A DNA stretch of 52,127 nucleotides, taken from IMG/VR virus record IMGVR_UViG_3300036979_000430, positions 1 through 52,127 of that record; one strand, given 5' to 3'. Every line of letters starts with the position of its first letter. Positions within the stretch are counted from its first letter, which is position 1. Shown in pieces: positions 17,563 through 27,992 of this stretch. A program made the translations under genes and the position numbers. This DNA comes from a virus. Lineage: Duplodnaviria > Caudoviricetes. The notes beneath the pieces were generated by a model that worked only from the letters and a program-made list of their open reading frames with translations, made no database searches and was not told the DNA's origin.

Positions 17563-18530
17563 CCAACGGTTCTTGCAAGAAACACTGTATTGGTCGCAAT
17601 ACTGTTCACAAATCCTAGCTTCACAAGTTCTAAGATTTCATACTCTTCAGTGCCGGCGGTAACTGTTGCATTATCCTGAATGGCCATGGTGTTACTTGTC
17701 TTGATTGCAGAAAAACCAAAATCAAGCGGCAAGTCTGTCGTGTGGATGCTTGAAAGCCTGAGTCCGTTGAATACAGGATTGTAATTGCTTGGAGCTGCTG
17801 GGTTTGCAGCAGTTGTCCAGCCCGGCATCACAAACCCTTCATCACCGAAAGTCGTAGTACCGTTGGTGCCAGCATTTCTAGGCATGGAATATGAACTAAC
17901 CCGCCTTGCTGAAGTGTAACCAGTTGCAGACGTAGCATTGTTCAGGCTTGAGCCCAAAAGCAAGGCCCGTCTGGTTCTGCTCAGGCACGCGAAGCCACCT
18001 GTATAGCCATCAATGACTACTCGATAAAATCCTTCGTGGTATCCGATTGCTAGGTCGTATAAAGTCCTAAAGGTTGTACCGGCAGGATCAATCGTAAACG
18101 TAAAGTAGTCCGTACCAGTCCTGATAACAAAGAAAGTCCGACCCGATGACGTGTAGCGAGTACATGAAAACGAGACAGCAGTATTCAGCGTCAACAATTG
18201 CACCGCACCATTAAGAGCAGTTGTTACGTTGTCAAAAAAATCTAAGTATTGCGTACCTGATGGAACATCGGTCCCAGTATTCCACCCGCTTACGATTCTA
18301 ATCCAAATACCTACGGTGCTAACCGTAAACCAGTAGTAAGTTTTGCCGTAAGTCTTTGAATTGTCGTAAACAACCTCAAGCACTCGATGCTCCCGCCCAC
18401 CAGACGAAAACGAATCAAACCATGCGGTCATTAGCCCCGCGCCGATGAAAGCATCTCGCAGATCGTCGCAGACAGAAGTAGCGGCCCAGGGGGCGGCAGC
18501 AGATGCGTAAACTTGTTTGGTAACGGCCAT
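17559..18530 (-). CDS. Putative tail fibre / receptor-binding-associated protein
   Basis: Beta-rich 323 aa, AT-richer, follows the large tail-tip gene. Confidence 0.55.
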   Translation of the reverse strand: MAVTKQVYASAAAPWAATSVCDDLRDAFIGAGLMTAWFDSFSSGGREHRVLEVVYDNSKTYGKTYYWFTVSTVGIWIRIVSGWNTGTDVPSGTQYLDFFDNVTTALNGAVQLLTLNTAVSFSCTRYTSSGRTFFVIRTGTDYFTFTIDPAGTTFRTLYDLAIGYHEGFYRVVIDGYTGGFACLSRTRRALLLGSSLNNATSATGYTSARRVSSYSMPRNAGTNGTTTFGDEGFVMPGWTTAANPAAPSNYNPVFNGLRLSSIHTTDLPLDFGFSAIKTSNTMAIQDNATVTAGTEEYEILELVKLGFVNSIATNTVFLARTVG

Positions 18531-18532
18531 GG

Positions 18533-21406
18533 TTAAATCTCCTCAAGGAAAATTGTGAGGGTCAGCGTGACGAACGATGTCCCAGGACTTTGTTTGATCA
18601 ATCTAACATAAACAAGGCCATCGCTATCTCCTTGCATTACTGGAACCGAGTTTCGTACAATCGTTTGATTGGCTTGTGTCGTTACAGTTTCAGAATATGG
18701 CCTATTTTCGCCTAGGTCAATGATCGCCTGTAGGTTGCCGCCAGAAACGCTCCTTGAGTCCGCCGCTCGTTGATCACTGGTGCGATAAATCCTGACCCAT
18801 GAAGGTTCGGATACATTGACGGCTAGCAGTTTTGATAGCTTGCCAACGCTCACCGCAAAATCGGCAACACCAAATTGCGCAAGATCCGGTGTTGTGAAGG
18901 TCTTGGTAGTGCGGGACCCCATCGCTACGCTTGGGCCCATGGTGGTGATCACCCCCGATCCACTGCCAGCCATCAGCAGGGTAGCGGACTCGACCGGGCC
19001 AAGGGTGGTGATGACGCCAGAGCCGCTGCCAGCGAAGCAGTCCACCCCTCCGGTGAGCGTGCCGTATGACGTTGAGACGCTTACTAGCGAAACCGTCACA
19101 GGTCTCACGTCGTACTCTGCCGTCAGCAACCAGGCCAGCGATCGAGACACGCTCTCGCGTTGAACCACCTCTGTAACGGCACCCACAACGGTGGCTTTGG
19201 TAACCGCTGCCGCATACACGTCACTCCCCGCTCCCGCAGTCCCCAGGCTGCTCCAGATGCCGCCCGGTACCGCAGGGTCAAAGCCGCTCGGTGCCGCGAT
19301 CGTGTTTGCCAGCGCTGGGCTGGTGCTTACCGCTGGGGTCAGGGTTGACAGGTTGGTGGCTGGCACCACCATGGGGAACCAGTCAGCCCCGCTTGCGCCG
19401 GCCACCAGGCCCGCACCGCCGTCGAGCATGGCGTCACAGCCGGCAACCAGACCCTCTGCGTCAAAGCCATAGGTGATGCCATTGGCCCTGAATTTGCCAA
19501 TAGTTCCCGCCGCCTCGATAAAGAACACCGCCAGCGGTTCACTGGGGATGTTGCGAAACTCAGTGGTGATGGACTTGCCGTTGGCCATCCCCGACAGGAT
19601 CGAGTGCGCCACTCCGCCGTAGGTGTAGGCGGCAGCGCTGCTGTCACCATCTACAAACGTCATGCCAGTGCCATTGTCGCCAGCGCCATCAGCGGGTCGC
19701 AGGTAGCTGTCTGGGGCGTACTGCATGTCATGCTTGCCCGTGCTACTTGTGCCGCCCTGGCCAAACTGCAGGGTTATGAACTGAGGCTTTGTCTCACTCC
19801 TTGGGTTTGCTTTCTCTAAGCTGCTGTTAGTGGTTATGTCGTTTTGGATGTTGTCTAGTTTGTTGTTTTGTTCGTCAACTTCTTTCGGTGGGACGGGAAT
19901 TTGCCCGCGCCCTATATTGATTACTGTTTCACTGCCACTGCAAACTAGGGTGGCCATTCGATTGATTAAGCTTAAGGTGCCAACAATTCTGGCGCTATCG
20001 TTGCTGTATTTGCTAACTTTTTTCATCGTTGCCGCAGCGATCGTCTTTCCTGATGACGTTGCTCCCCAAGCTTGGTAGACGGTGGTTCTTTGTAGCGTTA
20101 TATCAGCTGCCTTGTTTTCTGTTTTATCAACTATGGTCTTTCTTATTAAGAAGTTTCCTCCAGGGATATTGACACCATCGTAGTTTTCAATAGAAAGGCC
20201 ACCAGCAAAAGCGGTCAATGGCTCATATTCTTCTGTTGCCTGCCGCGTCTCTACCGGCCCGTCTTCGGTGATCTTGTAAGACTTGGAGACCCTCGTCTCC
20301 CTGACTTGCAATGCACCAGGGTTGTAGCCAACACCAGCGCCGCTTTCACGTTTTGACTTCCATTCGGTTGCATTTACGGCACCACTGCAGGTGGTTATAT
20401 CTGATTTTGACCCGGAAAGTACGTCTTGCTTTTGACGTTTGCCATCCTTGTCCGTATATTCTTTTGTTTCGTAATAGCTTGTATTAACTGACTTGGAAAC
20501 AAAGCCAATAGAATCTTGTTTGGTTACCTTGGTATCGCCTTGCTTAATTTCGTATTCGATCTCATAGACTTGCGCTGGACTGATTGTCACTTGCATGGTC
20601 CAGTCCCTTGCGTAACTAGGTCCAGCTTCAGGATTATCAGTGTTGTTCCAGTTAACCGCCGCGTCACCCGGATTCTTGGGCTTGTAGTTCGGTGGCGCCT
20701 CAACCGCCGTGTAGTTGACCAGGATCTCATCCGGTGCTGCGGGATCACCGATCGGCTCCATTGTGATCAGGTCACCCATCACCAGCAGTGGCCCCGTACT
20801 GGCCGGCGTCCGCACCTTTCGCAACCGCAGCGTCTCTGCCGCATCAATGAAGCCATAGAAACCCATTTCGCCAAGTATCCGACTGGCAATGTCCAGATAG
20901 CCATCGGATAGGTCGATGCTGTCCACTGCCTTGGCACCCGTGATGGGAGGGTTGCCACCCGCCTCGGCGATCCCACAGCGGTTCAGGCAGGTGGCTACCA
21001 CGCTGCTCAGAAAGCAGATGTGCGGTGTTGATCCCGCCGCTGTTGGCTCAACCGGCGTCCACTGGGGGTATTCATCGGCGTAGTAAATCTCAGCCTTTAC
21101 CAGATCCCACGTCAGGGCCAGCAGGCATCCAACAGTCAGGATGGTCTGGTTTTCGATCGGGTCGCTTTCGGCCTTGATCACCCGCAAACGCCTTGGGAAC
21201 CGGGTCAGGGTGCCGCCAGGCAGCCGCACCCCCAACTCGATCTCGGTGCCCTTGGCCGGCTGGATGAGGCCGCCGATCACCACCTCCCCCTGCGTGCGCA
21301 GGAGGCCAACCCCAGGTTGCACCGGATCGTCGGATAGCTGGCCACTGATCACGGGCCCCAGATTGCAGAACACCTGGGCGCGAACATCAATGACCCCAGC
21401 TGGCAT
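18533..21406 (-). CDS. Large tail-tip/hub protein
   Basis: 957 aa, second gene after the tape measure; AT-richer central part. Confidence 0.65.
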   Translation of the reverse strand: MPAGVIDVRAQVFCNLGPVISGQLSDDPVQPGVGLLRTQGEVVIGGLIQPAKGTEIELGVRLPGGTLTRFPRRLRVIKAESDPIENQTILTVGCLLALTWDLVKAEIYYADEYPQWTPVEPTAAGSTPHICFLSSVVATCLNRCGIAEAGGNPPITGAKAVDSIDLSDGYLDIASRILGEMGFYGFIDAAETLRLRKVRTPASTGPLLVMGDLITMEPIGDPAAPDEILVNYTAVEAPPNYKPKNPGDAAVNWNNTDNPEAGPSYARDWTMQVTISPAQVYEIEYEIKQGDTKVTKQDSIGFVSKSVNTSYYETKEYTDKDGKRQKQDVLSGSKSDITTCSGAVNATEWKSKRESGAGVGYNPGALQVRETRVSKSYKITEDGPVETRQATEEYEPLTAFAGGLSIENYDGVNIPGGNFLIRKTIVDKTENKAADITLQRTTVYQAWGATSSGKTIAAATMKKVSKYSNDSARIVGTLSLINRMATLVCSGSETVINIGRGQIPVPPKEVDEQNNKLDNIQNDITTNSSLEKANPRSETKPQFITLQFGQGGTSSTGKHDMQYAPDSYLRPADGAGDNGTGMTFVDGDSSAAAYTYGGVAHSILSGMANGKSITTEFRNIPSEPLAVFFIEAAGTIGKFRANGITYGFDAEGLVAGCDAMLDGGAGLVAGASGADWFPMVVPATNLSTLTPAVSTSPALANTIAAPSGFDPAVPGGIWSSLGTAGAGSDVYAAAVTKATVVGAVTEVVQRESVSRSLAWLLTAEYDVRPVTVSLVSVSTSYGTLTGGVDCFAGSGSGVITTLGPVESATLLMAGSGSGVITTMGPSVAMGSRTTKTFTTPDLAQFGVADFAVSVGKLSKLLAVNVSEPSWVRIYRTSDQRAADSRSVSGGNLQAIIDLGENRPYSETVTTQANQTIVRNSVPVMQGDSDGLVYVRLIKQSPGTSFVTLTLTIFLEEI

Positions 21407-22170
21407 CAGGCGGCCCTCCGCTTCACCTTGACCGAGACGATGTAGCGATCAACAACAACCCCGCCGCTGACGATCCGATCCCGCTCAAGACTCAGGCCAT
21501 CCACCGGCCAGTAGTCGGTCGGGCCGGGTCGGCTGGCGATGGTGCTGGTGAACCATGCCTTGATCGTTGTCCAGCCGGCGGCATCGGTGACCCCCTTGAT
21601 ATTGCGCACTTCGCTCGCCACTAACGGGCCCCGTGTCACAAAACCGCCCGTAGAGGTCGGCTCCAGGCTTGGGCCATCCTCGTAGGCTTCTGGCTGCTCC
21701 AACAGCGCCAGGCTGGTGGCCCCCAGCGAGAATGTGCCGTAGGCAGGTAAGAAGGCATCACCCGCCAGTCTGCCTTTTTCGTTCTGCCGCAGCACAACCG
21801 CCAACTGCTGCGCCGCGTCGATCAGGGTGAAATTGACCTTCACCCATGCACCCGTTGTTTCGCCCGCTGGGGCCCCGGTGAACCAGCACCCCAGGCTGGT
21901 GACGCTCCGGCCATGGGCGGCACAGGTAAGCGACACGGTGGCACCTACCGCCCGACTGGTCAGAGTGGGTGCTTCCAGGATCTTGGCCGCCTGCCAGGCA
22001 TCAAAAATGCTGCAGCACGTCGCCCACTGCGCTGGTGTGCATAGCCCGGCCACGGTGAAACGCCGCGCCGTCAACCCCTGCTCGGTTTCCGCTTCGGCAT
22101 AGCCAAATGGCTGCGCCTGGAGGTATCGCAGTGTGAGGGTTGAGCCGCCATAGCTGAGCTGAATGCTCAT
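21406..22170 (-). CDS. Distal-tail-like protein
   Basis: Directly downstream of the tape measure gene; appears to be two similar half-domains. Confidence 0.55.
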   Translation of the reverse strand: MSIQLSYGGSTLTLRYLQAQPFGYAEAETEQGLTARRFTVAGLCTPAQWATCCSIFDAWQAAKILEAPTLTSRAVGATVSLTCAAHGRSVTSLGCWFTGAPAGETTGAWVKVNFTLIDAAQQLAVVLRQNEKGRLAGDAFLPAYGTFSLGATSLALLEQPEAYEDGPSLEPTSTGGFVTRGPLVASEVRNIKGVTDAAGWTTIKAWFTSTIASRPGPTDYWPVDGLSLERDRIVSGGVVVDRYIVSVKVKRRAA

Positions 22171-22180
22171 CAGGGCACCC

Positions 22181-25027
22181 TCAGCGGATTCGCTGCATCG
22201 TCTGCTGCAGCTTCAGGCTGGACCCGTCCCCCCGAACCCCTACCGATACGTTCCATGCTTTGCGCCGCAGCTCAGCTACCTCTTGGCTCAGGTTTCCAAC
22301 CGCCATCGCTAGATGCGCCATCGCCGGATCGGGCCCCGCACGCAGCACCCCCGCACCGCCCAGGGCCCCGGATTCCTTCAGCCGGCTGGTCACGTGGGCC
22401 GGGATGACGGTGCCCTTTGAGGGTGCCGTCCAGAGGCTGTTCATGGGGCGGTTGATCAGGGATAGGGCACCCGATGCCGACAGGAACGACTCCTGCCCCA
22501 GACTCATCCCGCTCGGGCCGTCATTGATTCGGTAGGTGCCGCCCGCATCCACCGGGCCACCAGTGAACCTCGCAGGGGGCAGGCCGGCGGCGGCATTCAG
22601 TGAGTTGTAGAACGATCGAGCAGCATCGGCAGCGTTGCTCATGTTGCTGGCCAACCCTGCGGTCTGGCTCCTGGCCTGGCCCGTAGCTTTGGCGGCATCA
22701 CCGATGAAGCCGGTGATCTTGTAATACCCCTCACCGGTGTCCTCTACCTGTAGGCCGGTGTCACGGACTAGGCCCTGGAAGGTTTTGGCTTGGTTCAGGG
22801 GTGTCAAGAACGAGTCTTGGTAGCTGTTGAACTGCTCCCTAGTGCCCCTGGCTGCTTTGAAGGTGCCATCAGCGGCTAGCGCCAGATTCTTGGCGGCAGC
22901 TTCGGCCTTGATCTGGTTCTGGGCGGTTTCGTTTGTCACCCCAGCGATCAGCGACTCTACCGCTTGAATTTTGGTCAGAGTTTCTAGCTTGGTATTGGCG
23001 GCTTGTAGGCTGAGTTGAGCTTTTTGTATTTCAACTTCTGCCTTTGCGGCGGCTACGGTATCACTTGCTAATTGGGCAGCTTTCAAATCTAAAACAGCCC
23101 TTTCTAGGTCTAGCTTTGCGCTGCTCGCCGCTGAACCGGCGTCAAGCTGTGCTTGCTCTTGCTGCAATGCCAGCAGAACCCTTTGCAACTCCTGCTGCTG
23201 TACCAATGCGTTGTACTTGAACGTAAGGGCAGCCCTGTCAATTTCGTCACCTTGACGCTTGATTGCATTTATCTCACCTTCACTTGCGCCGCGTTGTTGC
23301 GCTTGCTGTAGTTCGTATGTATTGCGATTCCGAATAATACCAAAACGCGAGTCTTCCAGGCCGATCAGCGCCTGGCCTAGGTTGATACCTGCCTGGCTGA
23401 CCTTTACCTGTTGATCAATTTGCGCCTTGGCAAGATCACTGTAGGCTCCTGCGAGCTTCCTGGCGTTTTCGTTGGCGACTTGATCCGCTAAGTTCTGGCT
23501 TCGCTTGTTGCCAAGGATCTGCCCTGCAATCACTTCTTTTTCTTTCTCTTTTGCGGTAATCTCAGCTTGCGCTTGTTTTTGTTTATCAAGCTCTGCGTTT
23601 ATTTCTTTGTTGCCGTCAAGCAACTTGTCAAGTCCAGGTATTCGTGAAAGCTCAGACAATCCCCGAAACGGGTTTAACAGTTTTTGCAATCCTTCACCAA
23701 CAGGCGTTGCAAGAACCTTGCCAATATTTGACCCTGCTATTTCTGCTAATTTTGCTGCAATAGAAATAGCCTTGGCAAGGTCAGAAAATTGTTTTGAAGC
23801 TCCGGGTAGTGCCGTATTAACTTGTCCGGCTAAGTTTTTGGTGGCATTAACAACCTGATTGAATCCGCTTGCTATTGTTTCTGATGCAATTTCGCTGGCT
23901 GCTTTCGCTTGACCGGTTTTTGTTATTTGGTTATCAAGCAGCTTGTTGTAGGTCTCAAGATCGTTCAGGATGGGCTGCAACGCAGTTTGGCCTTCGATAT
24001 TAAATAAAATCGCCAATTTATCGGCAGTGCCCCCCCCCTTTGCTTTGATCTCTTCAAGAATACCGCCTAAACCCTTGGCCTTTAGGTTTGCAAAATCAAA
24101 GCTAATTCCCAGTTGACTGGCTAATGCCTTGGCCTCTTCCGTTGGCTTAATGATTGAGCTAAGTGCTTGACGCAAGCCAGTAAATGTCTGCGCAATGGGT
24201 ACTTTCTTTAGCGTATCTGCCGCAACTGCGGCATTTAGTTCTTGATAAGAAACGCCAGCGGCTGCCGCAAGGGATGCAAGGTTGCCTATTTGTTCACCGT
24301 ATTGGGCAACAGTAATAACGCCATCGTTTTGCGTTTGAATGAAGCTATCAACAATCGCTGTAGCATCTTTTGCGGCTAACCCGTAAGCATTGATAACACC
24401 TGATACGGCTTCAGATACAACCCCAAGTTCGGCAAAGCCTCCTTTTGCGCCTAAAGCAGATGCGCGTAAAATTTCGACGTTTTCCGCTGTTGAGCTAAAA
24501 CCGCTAGACGCTACGTCGTATGATGCTTTGAGTAAATCAGCTTGGCTTACATTATTGTTTAGCTCATTTGAGAGACCCAGTAGGGCTGAGCTTAATTCTT
24601 TAGAGTTAACCCCAAGCGTGCGAACCGCCGCCCCTGCGGTGTCAAGTTCGGTGACAGCTTGACCAACAAAAGTGATTGCTTGATATAGGCCAATAAACGC
24701 GGCTGCCTGCAAAGCCACGCCTTCTACAGCCTTGCTAAAGCCGTTCATCGCGGTGGCCCCGCCTGCCATGGCAGCATCTACCTGCGCCTGCGCCTGCGCT
24801 ATTTGCCTCTGCGCTGCGACAAACTCCTTAGAGCCGATGACCGACTTCTCCAAGGTCTGATTTAGCTCATTCAGCCGGCCACGCAGCCCGGTGATCGTCT
24901 GGTCGCCGCTGCTAAACCCTTCCTTGAACTGCTGCCCCGCTTGCTTCCCCGCCTGCCCGATCTGCCGCGAGGCATCGAGCACGCCCTTCACATCGGCGGT
25001 AACCCTGACGACCCACTCGTTTGCCAT
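22181..25027 (-). CDS. Tail tape measure protein
   Basis: 948-aa Ala/Gln-rich helical protein with a TP901-type core (YDVASSGF, INAYGL, TQNDGVIT) and a C-terminal RFTGGPV...Y.IN..G.E motif. Confidence 0.9.
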   Translation of the reverse strand: MANEWVVRVTADVKGVLDASRQIGQAGKQAGQQFKEGFSSGDQTITGLRGRLNELNQTLEKSVIGSKEFVAAQRQIAQAQAQVDAAMAGGATAMNGFSKAVEGVALQAAAFIGLYQAITFVGQAVTELDTAGAAVRTLGVNSKELSSALLGLSNELNNNVSQADLLKASYDVASSGFSSTAENVEILRASALGAKGGFAELGVVSEAVSGVINAYGLAAKDATAIVDSFIQTQNDGVITVAQYGEQIGNLASLAAAAGVSYQELNAAVAADTLKKVPIAQTFTGLRQALSSIIKPTEEAKALASQLGISFDFANLKAKGLGGILEEIKAKGGGTADKLAILFNIEGQTALQPILNDLETYNKLLDNQITKTGQAKAASEIASETIASGFNQVVNATKNLAGQVNTALPGASKQFSDLAKAISIAAKLAEIAGSNIGKVLATPVGEGLQKLLNPFRGLSELSRIPGLDKLLDGNKEINAELDKQKQAQAEITAKEKEKEVIAGQILGNKRSQNLADQVANENARKLAGAYSDLAKAQIDQQVKVSQAGINLGQALIGLEDSRFGIIRNRNTYELQQAQQRGASEGEINAIKRQGDEIDRAALTFKYNALVQQQELQRVLLALQQEQAQLDAGSAASSAKLDLERAVLDLKAAQLASDTVAAAKAEVEIQKAQLSLQAANTKLETLTKIQAVESLIAGVTNETAQNQIKAEAAAKNLALAADGTFKAARGTREQFNSYQDSFLTPLNQAKTFQGLVRDTGLQVEDTGEGYYKITGFIGDAAKATGQARSQTAGLASNMSNAADAARSFYNSLNAAAGLPPARFTGGPVDAGGTYRINDGPSGMSLGQESFLSASGALSLINRPMNSLWTAPSKGTVIPAHVTSRLKESGALGGAGVLRAGPDPAMAHLAMAVGNLSQEVAELRRKAWNVSVGVRGDGSSLKLQQTMQRIR

Positions 25028-25028
25028 A

Positions 25029-25475
25029 TCAGGTCCCCGGTGTCACGACGTACTGGGTGGGGTTGGTCCAGGCGATGGCGTACTGATCAAGCACCCCCAG
25101 CCCCTCGCCTGCGGGATCCCCGCCGATCGGCACCGCACGGCAACCGGGCAGCAGGCTGATGATCCGCTGCGCCAGCGACTGCAGGGCCGTCATGTTGGCC
25201 GATGGCGACCATTCGGACACGTAAAGGCGGAACTGTGGATTGAGGCCCGTCTCGCCCGTGGCATAGGTCTCGGTGGCGTAGTCAGGATTGGCCAGGATCA
25301 CCACTTCCAGGCCCGCAACGGCCACCCCCTCGGGGAGCTTCTCATTGCGCCGCACCACTGCAATGGCAGGGATCGCCGCGCCGCCCCGTGGGGTGTAGCT
25401 GCCCAACGCCGGGGCCACCACGGCATCACCCGCCAACAAATCGAAGATGCCTTGGGCGGTGGTCGGTAGCGTCAT
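25029..25475 (-). CDS. Putative tail terminator / tail completion protein
   Basis: 148 aa; IFDLLAGDAVV-type N-terminus; directly upstream of the tape measure gene. Confidence 0.55.
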   Translation of the reverse strand: MTLPTTAQGIFDLLAGDAVVAPALGSYTPRGGAAIPAIAVVRRNEKLPEGVAVAGLEVVILANPDYATETYATGETGLNPQFRLYVSEWSPSANMTALQSLAQRIISLLPGCRAVPIGGDPAGEGLGVLDQYAIAWTNPTQYVVTPGT

Positions 25476-25520
25476 GCCACAGCTTTCCCGGCAGGCTGCT
25501 GCAAGCGGTTTGGGGGCAGG

Positions 25521-26471
25521 GTGGCGTTGCGCTTGCTAAGCGGCTTACGGATGGGGTATGATCCGATCATGCGGAACAAGCGGGGTTGCACCCCCGCCCG
25601 CCACTGGTCAACGACTGCACCCACTCGCACAGCCGCATCGGCTGAGTCTATCACCATGGAATCAAAAACAGTTCTGATCACGCCTGAAATCGCAAAAAGC
25701 CTGTTAGCTCAAAACCCAAGCAATCGACCATTTACAAAAAGCAACTTAAATTATCTAAAATCACAGCTAAAGTCTGGGCAATGGAAGTTAACGCATCAAG
25801 GAATTGCCATATCGGAAGAAGGCTTTATACTTGACGGCCAACACAGGCTTAAGGCCGTGCAAGAAACCGGCATTTCCGCCCAAATGCTTGTGACCACGAA
25901 TATCAGTGAAGACGTTTTTTCAGTTCTTGATACGGGTAAAAAACGTAATGGCGCTGATATTTTAGCAATAAATGGAGCACGCAGTACACATTGCATGGCG
26001 GCAGCGATTAAGGGCTTTCTTCTTTACAAAAACCATCCTAACCTAGTATGGACCGGCTCCATTGGTAGTCTAGCCACAAATTTTCACGTACTAGAAGAAT
26101 ACAAATTAGACCCAGAAGGCTGGCAGTTAGCAACTGCGCTAGCTGTAAAATTTCAAATGAATGGCATTGTTGTCCCAGGCCCGTTCGGCTGCTTGCTTTA
26201 CTTGGCCAGGGAAAAAGGGCATGAGCTGTCAGGGCTAGAGCAATTTGCCGAAAACCTTAAAGAAGGCGTCGCACTGCAAAAACACGATCCAATACTCGCT
26301 TTCAGGAATAAATGCTTTTTATCTTTGGGCAAAAAACAGTATCCGCAAGCCTGGCTAGCAAATTACATCAAACTGTTTAATTACAGCTTTAATGGGCAAG
26401 AACTAAGAATTTTCAAACAACAAGAGTTTCCCCCCATGCCTCCTGTCGCTAGTGCTTTCAGCGGAACTTGA
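25521..26471 (+). CDS. ParB/DGQHR-like domain protein (start probably later, e.g. ATG ~25656)
   Basis: ITPEIAK.LL..N..NR...GQW.LTHQGIAI...G.ILDGQHRL.AV, then DTGKKR; AT-rich and antisense to the tail operon. Confidence 0.75.
   Translation: MALRLLSGLRMGYDPIMRNKRGCTPARHWSTTAPTRTAASAESITMESKTVLITPEIAKSLLAQNPSNRPFTKSNLNYLKSQLKSGQWKLTHQGIAISEEGFILDGQHRLKAVQETGISAQMLVTTNISEDVFSVLDTGKKRNGADILAINGARSTHCMAAAIKGFLLYKNHPNLVWTGSIGSLATNFHVLEEYKLDPEGWQLATALAVKFQMNGIVVPGPFGCLLYLAREKGHELSGLEQFAENLKEGVALQKHDPILAFRNKCFLSLGKKQYPQAWLANYIKLFNYSFNGQELRIFKQQEFPPMPPVASAFSGT
25533..25562 (+). promoter_or_regulatory. Putative sigma70-type promoter for the + strand islet
   Basis: TTGCTA-N18-TATGAT upstream of the DGQHR gene. 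Confidence 0.45.
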
Positions 26472-26650
26472 AAGCTATGTCAATCCGCAAAGACGGCCGT
26501 TGCATGATTCAGCTCACGATGGCGCCAGACCTTTACGCAGCCGTGCGTGAGCACTGCCAAAGGCTTGACAAGCCTGTAACGGTCTGGACTCGGGATCTTA
26601 TCCGCCAGGCTCTTTCCACCGATTCACCACCACCCTCAACCATGCCATGA
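26468..26650 (+). CDS. Small ribbon-helix-helix-like protein
   Basis: IQLTMAPDLYAAVREHC....PVTVWTRDLIRQAL has the beta-alpha-alpha pattern. Confidence 0.5.
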   Translation: MKAMSIRKDGRCMIQLTMAPDLYAAVREHCQRLDKPVTVWTRDLIRQALSTDSPPPSTMP

Positions 26651-26994
26651 GTAAAGATAAAAAGCATGTCTATGAAACGAAGTTTAACGATAAAGGGCTA
26701 AAAACCCTCAATCGAGCGGCAGTATTGCTAAAGCTTGACGGAATTGAAGATGTGTTCAAAGTTGCTTTAGAAAAAGTATGCAGTTACGCAGAAGCTTACA
26801 ATAGAGGTAACACAAAAGTAATTTATTGCTTGCCCGAATTGGCAAAGCTAATGGAAGACAACCCCGAGTTCATCGAAGCCCTCTGCGAGGAAGGCGTAGT
26901 CGAATGGCTGACGCCGTTTGTCTTGGGTAAATCCAGGCAGGGCGCCGAAGTCCTGGAGGCTCACGGGCAGTCTGGTGATGCCGATCAACGCTGA
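26647..26994 (+). CDS. Hypothetical protein
   Basis: ATGA-coupled 115-aa ORF. Confidence 0.55.
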   Translation: MSKDKKHVYETKFNDKGLKTLNRAAVLLKLDGIEDVFKVALEKVCSYAEAYNRGNTKVIYCLPELAKLMEDNPEFIEALCEEGVVEWLTPFVLGKSRQGAEVLEAHGQSGDADQR

Positions 26995-27008
26995 GCCATA
27001 ATCGCCAC

Positions 27009-27035
27009 AAAAAAGCCCCAGCACTGCCGGGGCCC
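27009..27035 (-). terminator. Intrinsic terminator after the major tail gene
   Basis: Minus strand GCCCCGGCAGTGCTGGGGC followed by TTTTTT. Confidence 0.75.
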
Positions 27036-27071
27036 TATCAAATCAGTTGTCCGGGATTTCCGGAGCACTGA

Positions 27072-27905
27072 TCACAGCAGGTCAAGCCCTGGCTTGCCGT
27101 AACCGGCCAGGTTCACCGTGTACTTGATCACGGTGCCGGCTTCCTGTGCGGGCTGGTAGCTCTCAAACACGCCAAACCCGTACTCTACTTGATGCCCGTT
27201 GTAAGGGCCGATCAGGGCGTACTCCACCATCAGTTTCTCACTAAGGTTTAGCTCCTCGCATAGCCGCATCGCACGCCACGCAGAGGAGTCGAAACTGGCC
27301 GCGCCGCTCAGTGTCCAAGTCTTGTCCTTGGCGGTTGCGATCGGTGTGGCATAGCCCGCAGCCTCATCGTCGTAGGTGGTGATGGATTCCTTGGTCGTGG
27401 TGTTACTGGGCTGGGCATTGGTCAGCCCCTTTAGCTGGAATGGGTGATCGGTGCCATCCAGTACCAGCGACAGAGAAACCACGCCAGCGGCGACGGGAGC
27501 GGTGGTGATCGCTGAGCCGGTCAGGGCGTAAGACAGGGTGTGCGGGGATGTGGTAGTCACAGCCGTAACCACGAACGAGCCGTTGAGGGTGGCGAAGGGA
27601 GCGGGGAGATCCTTGACCACAATCCGCCGACCCACGGTGATGCCATGGGCGGCATCAAAGGTCAGGGTAGCGAGGCTGGTCGTTGTGACGGCATTCGTTA
27701 CCGCTTTGGTGCCAACTCCAAAAGCGAAGGTATCACCCGTGCCAGCGGTGAGAACTTTGGCGGTTGCGGATTGAATAGTGGTGTTGTCAATGAGTTTGCC
27801 AGCGCCAAGCGGGCCAAGGTTGACGCGAGTGAGATCTACCGCTGAAGACTTGAGAGGCGTGAAATAAAACCGGTAGTCAAAGGCCTGATGCCATTGCGTG
27901 GTCAT
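27072..27905 (-). CDS. Major tail (tube) protein with an inserted beta domain
   Basis: Tube-like C-terminal half (ESITTYDD.A.GYA.PIAT.KDKTWTLSG...YTVNLAGYG), followed by a terminator. Confidence 0.75.
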   Translation of the reverse strand: MTTQWHQAFDYRFYFTPLKSSAVDLTRVNLGPLGAGKLIDNTTIQSATAKVLTAGTGDTFAFGVGTKAVTNAVTTTSLATLTFDAAHGITVGRRIVVKDLPAPFATLNGSFVVTAVTTTSPHTLSYALTGSAITTAPVAAGVVSLSLVLDGTDHPFQLKGLTNAQPSNTTTKESITTYDDEAAGYATPIATAKDKTWTLSGAASFDSSAWRAMRLCEELNLSEKLMVEYALIGPYNGHQVEYGFGVFESYQPAQEAGTVIKYTVNLAGYGKPGLDLL

Positions 27906-27992
27906 GATCGTGCCGGCTATACCGGGGCGTTACCTCGCAGTGTTCCGCCATGGCTTAAGCCCTGACAGCGGCTTAGGCCGGAAAGCTGGGGC

